From positions 288,001 to 352,000 of the forward strand of contig JBHLMN010000003.1 of assembly GCA_048938105.1 (NCBI GenBank): DNA of 64,000 bases, in the 5' to 3' direction. Of this stretch, positions 58,149 through 64,000 are shown in pieces; position 1 is the first letter of the stretch, and each line of letters opens with the position of its first letter. The notes beneath the pieces are model-generated. The model saw only the letters and a list, made by a program, of their open reading frames with translations, made no database searches and was not told the DNA's origin. The position numbers were made by a program, and so were the translations under genes. Origin of the DNA: Promethearchaeota archaeon (GTDB taxonomy: Archaea; Asgardarchaeota; Heimdallarchaeia; Hodarchaeales; Hodarchaeaceae).

Positions 58149-59132
58149 ATGTCTGACTTACTCTTGGACGTAAAAAACCTAAAAGGTTATTATAAGGGTG
58201 TTTTTGGTGTTGTTCATGGAGTAGATGATGTTACATTTACGCTTGAAAAAGGGGAAATTGTTGGTCTTGCTGGAGAATCAGGTTGTGGCAAATCCACTTT
58301 AGCTGAACTCATTACAGGAACCCCCAGACCCCTCTTACATTATGAAGAGGGCACGGTTATTGTTGATGGATTTAATATTTATGAAATTAACAAGGAAGAC
58401 TTGAGAACAGAGGTAAAGTGCAAGCGGATGTCATATGTCCCCCAAGCATCATTAGAATCTTTAAATCCCGTGAAAAAGATAAAGAATTTCATCATGGATG
58501 TGGTACGAGAACGAACTGGTAAAAAAGGAGAAAAGAAGAAAATTCAAAAGCTTGCAGCAGACCATTTTGCCAGAGTTGGCCTAGATAAAGATGTTCTTAA
58601 TCGCTATCCCCATGAACTTAGTGGTGGGATGAAGCAGCGGGTTGTAATTGCGATTTCTACTTTATGGAATCCAACACTTTTAATTATTGACGAACCAACA
58701 AGTGCTCTTGATGTCACCTCACAAAAACGTATGGTAAAAATGCTATCGGAAGTAAAAAAGGAAGGGATTATTCAAAGCATCTTATTTGTCTCCCATGATA
58801 TCGCTACTCTCAGACAAATATGTGATAGAATCATCATCATGTATTGTGGTGAAATTGTCGAAACAGGAAAGATGGGAGATATAATCAATAATCCACTTCA
58901 TCCCTATACGAAGGGATTAATTTCATCCATTGTTTCATTTAATCCAGACGGTACTCGTCCAGCTGAATTGAAAAGCATTCCAGGAGAACAACCTGACTTA
59001 AGGAACCCTCCATCTGGTTGCCGATTCCACCCAAGGTGTTATAGTGCTGGCACCCACTGCAAAGAGTATGAACCCCCAATCTATACCCCATCTGGTAAAG
59101 ATCATCAAGTGAAATGCTGGTTATTCAAATAA
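58149..59132 (+). CDS. ABC ATPase, DppD/OppD-like
   Basis: Motifs GESGCGKST, YPHELSGGMKQR, DEPTSALD, HPYT and GCRFHPRC. Confidence 0.95.
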   Translation: MSDLLLDVKNLKGYYKGVFGVVHGVDDVTFTLEKGEIVGLAGESGCGKSTLAELITGTPRPLLHYEEGTVIVDGFNIYEINKEDLRTEVKCKRMSYVPQASLESLNPVKKIKNFIMDVVRERTGKKGEKKKIQKLAADHFARVGLDKDVLNRYPHELSGGMKQRVVIAISTLWNPTLLIIDEPTSALDVTSQKRMVKMLSEVKKEGIIQSILFVSHDIATLRQICDRIIIMYCGEIVETGKMGDIINNPLHPYTKGLISSIVSFNPDGTRPAELKSIPGEQPDLRNPPSGCRFHPRCYSAGTHCKEYEPPIYTPSGKDHQVKCWLFK

Positions 59133-59148
59133 TCGAATTGGTGTTCTC

Positions 59149-59952
59149 ATGACCGCAAATGAATTGCTTCTAAAAGTTGACAAATTAACAAAAATATATT
59201 CATCTGGTCTATTAAGGACAATCCAAGTGATTGGAGCAAAAAATGTATCTTTTAATATTAAAAGAGGTGAAATTATTTCTCTTGTAGGTGAGAGCGGAAG
59301 TGGAAAATCGACAACAGCCAATATGATCTTGAAGCTAATCAAACCAACAAGTGGACATATTTTTCTTAATGATAAAGATATTTTTTTAATTAAAAATAGA
59401 AAAGAATACTATAAAAGAGTACAAGTGATATTTCAAGATCCATATTCCTCCTTTAACTTAGTATACAAAATTGATCGTATGTTAAACCAAGCTTTTAACC
59501 TTCTCGACACTCATTTCTCTAAAGCCACAAAACAGGAAATTATTGAAGATACTTTGGCGCAAATAGGTCTAAATGCAGATGAAGTTTTAGGCAGGTACCC
59601 TCATCAACTTAGTGGAGGGCAGCTACAACGATTTCTCTTAGCAAGAGTCTTAATTATCCGACCTGACTTGTTAATTGCTGATGAACCAACTAGTATGATT
59701 GATGCCTCGTCACGAGCAGGGATCCTGAATCTTCTTGAAGATTTAAAGGACGATACAGGTTTATCTGTGCTGTTCATTACACATGATATTGCTCAAGCAC
59801 AATACATATCCAGCAAGGTTTGTGTGATGAAAAACGGGGAAATTATTGAAAAAGGTCTATGTGAGAAAGTTTTTGCTCATCCACAACATCAATATACAAG
59901 AGATTTACTGGCGAGTATACCTGATCTGCATAATAAATGGGGGGATATATAG
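59149..59952 (+). CDS. ABC ATPase, DppF/OppF-like
   Basis: Motifs GESGSGKST, FQDP, YPHQLSGGQLQR, ADEPTSMID and H.YT..LL. Confidence 0.95.
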   Translation: MTANELLLKVDKLTKIYSSGLLRTIQVIGAKNVSFNIKRGEIISLVGESGSGKSTTANMILKLIKPTSGHIFLNDKDIFLIKNRKEYYKRVQVIFQDPYSSFNLVYKIDRMLNQAFNLLDTHFSKATKQEIIEDTLAQIGLNADEVLGRYPHQLSGGQLQRFLLARVLIIRPDLLIADEPTSMIDASSRAGILNLLEDLKDDTGLSVLFITHDIAQAQYISSKVCVMKNGEIIEKGLCEKVFAHPQHQYTRDLLASIPDLHNKWGDI

Positions 59953-59998
59953 AGCAATATAGGATTTAAAAACGAAGAATTAAAATTGGGTAAAAAAG

Positions 59999-61099
59999 TT
60001 GAAAAACCGAAATTTAGCTTATATGATTATTTTTATTGGAATAATCATGAGTATTGGAATAATACAAATTAGATGTGTAAAGGCAGTAAGAGCAAACAGA
60101 AATGTCAAAAGGATTGGAAAATTTGATGACGGAGGCAAAGGTTTTGGTGTTTTTGTGAACAATTCTATCGCTTACTTAGCTGATGGTTATGAAGGATTAG
60201 ATACTGTAAACATTAGCATCCCGGAGGAGGCGTACAAATTAGGAAAGTATAATGATTATGCTGGCCAATCCAGAAGTGTTTATGTAAGTGGCGCTTATGC
60301 GTATGTAGCTGAAGGTGAACGGTATGGTTTAGAGATTCTCGATGTATCCGATCCTACTAAACCCATCCAAGTAGGAGAATATAATGAATTTGATGGTGAA
60401 GCTAGAGATGTTGTTGTTATTAATTCTTATGCCTTTCTCGCTGATTTTAAGAATGGAGTTAAAATTATTAATGTAACTGATCCGACCAATCCGACAAAAG
60501 TTGGACAATACGACGATGGTGGTGAGGCTTGTGGAATATATATTAATAAAACACTTGCTTATATTGCAGATGGAAACGATGGCCTTGAGATCTTAAATAT
60601 AAGTGATCCACTTAATCCAGTGGAAATAGGCCAGTGCTATGATGATAGTGGCAGAGCTACTGGGATTTTTGTCAGTGGTTCTTATGCGTTTGTGGCTGAT
60701 TTTGACAATGGGCTTGAGATCATTAATATAAGTGACCCAACTAATCCAATTGAAGTCGGGGAATGCTATGATGATAGTGGATTAGCTAATTCCGTATTCG
60801 TTGAAGGTTCCCTTGCTTATATCGCTGATAATCAAGATGGACTAGAAGTGATTGATGTCAGTAATGTCACTAATCCTGTTGAAATAGGTCAATTCTATGA
60901 AGAATATGGCCTTGTCGGCATGGCAATGGATGTTGTTGTTTACAACTCCTTTATTTATGTAGCTCATGGATCACAAGGATTAGAAATTCTGAAGTTTGAA
61001 ACATATTCCCCTCCCCCAGATATTATCCCATTTGTCGTTGTTGGAGCTGTAGTGATTGGTGTAGGAGTTTGGTTTTTCAAAGGAAAAAAAGAGGAATAG
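59999..61099 (+). CDS. LVIVD-repeat beta-propeller surface protein
   Basis: Seven ~42-43-aa repeats (V.GS.AYVAD...GLEI.D.SDP.NP...G). N-terminal signal/TM and C-terminal TM. Confidence 0.88.
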   Translation: MKNRNLAYMIIFIGIIMSIGIIQIRCVKAVRANRNVKRIGKFDDGGKGFGVFVNNSIAYLADGYEGLDTVNISIPEEAYKLGKYNDYAGQSRSVYVSGAYAYVAEGERYGLEILDVSDPTKPIQVGEYNEFDGEARDVVVINSYAFLADFKNGVKIINVTDPTNPTKVGQYDDGGEACGIYINKTLAYIADGNDGLEILNISDPLNPVEIGQCYDDSGRATGIFVSGSYAFVADFDNGLEIINISDPTNPIEVGECYDDSGLANSVFVEGSLAYIADNQDGLEVIDVSNVTNPVEIGQFYEEYGLVGMAMDVVVYNSFIYVAHGSQGLEILKFETYSPPPDIIPFVVVGAVVIGVGVWFFKGKKEE

Positions 61100-61113
61100 A
61101 TTCTGGAAAGAAT

Positions 61114-61887
61114 CTATTTTACTTGTTTCATGTTTCTACAGACGTTTTTGCGGAGAATAACAACCATCAGTGTGAATGCAATTAGTGAAATCGTACATTC
61201 CAATCCTGGAGTTCCATTAGCGGCATTTGAATTACTAGATTCGGGAGCTTCCCATAGAGAAGCTTCATCAGGATAATAATCCCAATAAGAGACGCCGCTT
61301 GTTAAGGTTTCTTTATAGACTGAAGTTGTATCAACTGATGTCCAAGACCAAACCTCAATATCCCAATTGCCAGAATTTGAGAGTATATCCCAAGAAGAAA
61401 TATCGCTTTTCCAAGAGAGACTTTTACTATCAGTGTCTATAGTGGGTTTATCAACACCATTTGATACACCACCAGTTTCATTTTTCCAAACATACCAAGA
61501 GGCTGATGATACTGTAGTAGAAGTTATTCCCCCCACTCTAAACCAAGCTGCGCCAGGAATCATATCACCCATAGTTCTTCCACCCTCAAAGTCAATCCAG
61601 ATTTCATAAATATGTGAACCATCAATAATAGGTGTGTCTTGGCATTTCAGGGTTACTGCTATCTTATTTTCATTGTCAACAGCTTCAACAGAAAGAGATA
61701 CAATATCAATCTCATTTTTAAAGTCACCTATTTTGTAATTATAGTCTGAACCATCCCAACTGATCATCTCAACATCATCTGTATCATCATTTGCTATATC
61801 CGCGTTTGGTAATGATTTTATGGGTATCAATAAGACGAGTACCAGTCCACAAGTAAGAAATGGAATTATTCTTAATTTTTTACGCAT
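61114..61887 (-). CDS. Secreted acidic protein with PGL-variant C-terminal anchor
   Basis: Signal peptide. Contains DDTDDV...EIDI, and ends TPGL, a hydrophobic helix and RK. Confidence 0.7.
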   Translation of the reverse strand: MRKKLRIIPFLTCGLVLVLLIPIKSLPNADIANDDTDDVEMISWDGSDYNYKIGDFKNEIDIVSLSVEAVDNENKIAVTLKCQDTPIIDGSHIYEIWIDFEGGRTMGDMIPGAAWFRVGGITSTTVSSASWYVWKNETGGVSNGVDKPTIDTDSKSLSWKSDISSWDILSNSGNWDIEVWSWTSVDTTSVYKETLTSGVSYWDYYPDEASLWEAPESSNSNAANGTPGLECTISLIAFTLMVVILRKNVCRNMKQVK

Positions 61888-62043
61888 TATTAGTCTGACT
61901 CCTGTTACTTAAACGTTTTTGACAAAGCGCCCTCACAATGAATTTAGTTTATTATATGAATTTTCCTCTATTATTTGATCTGTCACACATTTTCTATATT
62001 TTAATAGATGAATTCAGAACGATTCAAAGGAGGGAGTTTTGTC

Positions 62044-64000
62044 CTATCCCATCTCAATATTAATTGTATGTTTTTTCCCTACTTCTAATATTGATAATTG
62101 ATTGCTTTCTAGTGTTTTTTTCCCAATATTCACCTTTTTTACCCCTTTAGACACATGGTTTGGATTTTCAACCTTTATATCATACGTTGCATCCCTAAAA
62201 CGTCGGATAACACGGAAATTAGTCCATTCATTAGGAATACATGGATCTACCTTCAAACCATGAAATGTTGGTTGTATTCCAAGAATTGATTCCATGACAA
62301 CCTTCATTGACCACGCTGCTGTTCCTGTAAGCCAGGAATTTTTCGCTAATCCGAATTTTGGATGGTTTTTTCCAGCAATCATCTGTGAATAGACATAAGG
62401 TTCAGCTTTATGAATCTCTCCCATCCTGTTCTTCGTAGGTGGGGCAATTTTCTTGTAATATTCATAAGCTCGCCCCCCTCTTCCTAACTTACACTCAGCA
62501 ATGATCAACCACGGATTAGTATGGCAGAATATTGAAGCATTTTCTTTTAATCCAGGAGAAAAAGTAGTTATTCCACCCAATTCTGGATAATACTCGGTAA
62601 AAGGAGGGGCAAGAAGCATGACCCCGTATTCCGTGTCAAGATGCTTTTTTACAGAGTCTAGACATTGATAAGCTCTGTCTTTGGTGGCAACATCACTGAT
62701 AATAGCCCAAGTTTGAGTATTGAGGAAGATTTTTCCTTCCTTACATTTTGAACTTCCTACAGGTTCACCAACATCAGTAAAAGCTCTAATATACCATTCT
62801 CCATCCCATGCTACCTCGTTTACATGATTTCGTATTTCACTAGCCAGATTATTAAATGTTCTGGAATCCTGTTCATTCTCATATTCTTTTGTAAGTGCTG
62901 CTAAATCTAATAGAGCTTTATGAAATTGCATTGCTACCCAAACGCTTTCACCAGCATTATTTGGGCCAGGGAGGCTAAAAGGATCATTCCAATCTGCGGT
63001 ACCTATCAATGGCATACCATGTTTTCCCATGTTATTTTGGGTGAATTCAATTGCCCTTTTGAGATGGTCGTACAAAGAAGCATTAGATCCTTCAATAAAT
63101 GATATTTCTTCATCTAAGATAGATATATCTCCAGTTTCTTTGATGTATTCAGAAACAGCTAAAATCAACCATAAATGGTCATCACTAAAGAATTTCATGC
63201 TTTTCTTAGTGTATTCAGGAAAAGCACCTTTACCAGAGAGAGGGAAATATAAATGATAGACTTTACCACTTTCAAACTGGTTTTTAGCTAGATCTAGGAG
63301 TCGTTGACGGACTTTTTTTGGGAGAACATAATTAATTGCCATTGCATCTTGGCTACAATCTCTAAATCCCATTCCTCTACCTATACCTGTTTCATATAAA
63401 GACACATATCGCGACCAGTCAAATGTGACTTTACATTGATAGGGATTCCAGATATTAACCATTAAATTAAGTTCATTATCAGGAGTGTCTACTACAAGGG
63501 CTTCTAGGTGATTAATCCAAGAATTTGCTAATTTTTTAAGCGCAGATTGTACCTTTAATTGGTCTATATATTTCTGAACATATTCTTTCGCTTCAGCTTC
63601 TTCATTACTAACGCCTAGAATGAATATAATATTTCTTTCCTCGTGAGGATCAATAGTTAAGGCATTACAAGTAGCAGCAATAGGATTTCCACCAAAGGCT
63701 TGAGAATTAAAACACGAACCTCTTTCTACACCTAGAGGATTAATTTCTGACCTGTATTGACCAATAAAAACTTCTCGGTCGCAGTCGTAACTGCTTATAT
63801 CTCCATTTGATGAAAAAAAGGCATATCCAGTACTCCTATCAAAAAAAGAGTAATAAATAATGCCATCCTTGAATTTTGCTTCAGCCACGTTTTGGATATA
63901 CTGAAGATCATTTTGATCTCCTAACGCTCTCCATAAACAGAACTCTGCATAAGAAAAAATACTCAAGTTCTTTCTTTCAGATCTTGTATTTTTCAATGAC
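62044..64000 (-). CDS. GH94 glycoside phosphorylase (5' end outside window)
   Basis: Motifs GRGMGFRD..QD, DD.LW, DWND, WDGEWY.RA, GLKENA.IFCH and KNSWLTGTA. The frame is open to the window edge. Confidence 0.9.
   Translation of the reverse strand, partial: SLKNTRSERKNLSIFSYAEFCLWRALGDQNDLQYIQNVAEAKFKDGIIYYSFFDRSTGYAFFSSNGDISSYDCDREVFIGQYRSEINPLGVERGSCFNSQAFGGNPIAATCNALTIDPHEERNIIFILGVSNEEAEAKEYVQKYIDQLKVQSALKKLANSWINHLEALVVDTPDNELNLMVNIWNPYQCKVTFDWSRYVSLYETGIGRGMGFRDCSQDAMAINYVLPKKVRQRLLDLAKNQFESGKVYHLYFPLSGKGAFPEYTKKSMKFFSDDHLWLILAVSEYIKETGDISILDEEISFIEGSNASLYDHLKRAIEFTQNNMGKHGMPLIGTADWNDPFSLPGPNNAGESVWVAMQFHKALLDLAALTKEYENEQDSRTFNNLASEIRNHVNEVAWDGEWYIRAFTDVGEPVGSSKCKEGKIFLNTQTWAIISDVATKDRAYQCLDSVKKHLDTEYGVMLLAPPFTEYYPELGGITTFSPGLKENASIFCHTNPWLIIAECKLGRGGRAYEYYKKIAPPTKNRMGEIHKAEPYVYSQMIAGKNHPKFGLAKNSWLTGTAAWSMKVVMESILGIQPTFHGLKVDPCIPNEWTNFRVIRRFRDATYDIKVENPNHVSKGVKKVNIGKKTLESNQLSILEVGKKHTINIEMG

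Noticed and set aside
60100-60990. Repeated DNA segments suggesting a duplication or mobile element
   Set aside because: They are explained by LVIVD protein repeats. There are no terminal repeats and no transposase.
177-63256. Many 60-150-aa track ORFs overlapping long genes (e.g. 5178..5636, 19450..19797, 43596..43976, 24890..25144, 56133..56327)
   Set aside because: They are antisense or off-frame shadows of motif-supported genes and have no independent motifs.
1-64000. tRNA, rRNA, CRISPR, integrase/transposase or defence genes
   Set aside because: None was recognised. Intergenic regions are short and AT-rich, with no GC-rich structured stretches. A covariance-model scan was not possible.

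Overview
AT-rich, gene-dense archaeal window. Archaeal origin is supported by GGTGA-type Shine-Dalgarno sites, PGF-type C-terminal sorting tails and pyrimidine-rich terminators. An Asgard/Heimdallarchaeia-like origin is my inference only. Almost all 64 kb is one very large carbohydrate-utilisation locus. It encodes GH4, three GH130, GH20, two GH2 (beta-mannosidase and exo-beta-glucosaminidase types), GH116, GH3, two GH94, a ROK-NagB-LmbE-like fusion and a DppABCDF-type oligosaccharide ABC importer whose binding protein appears circularly permuted. The first ~25 kb holds an uncharacterised multi-component membrane machine: two giant FtsX/MacB-type permeases (one with an M28/PA ectodomain lacking the catalytic EE pair and with a poly-T frameshift in its signal sequence), a minimal FtsX permease, two MacB/LolD-type ATPases, two distantly paralogous OPT-like membrane proteins, a small Zn-finger protein, a 59-aa membrane peptide and two paralogous surface-anchored proteins. 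The window also contains a cytoplasmic/secreted paralogue pair of an unassigned enzyme family. No rRNA, tRNA, CRISPR or mobile element was recognised. All family assignments come from motifs read by eye, with no database search.
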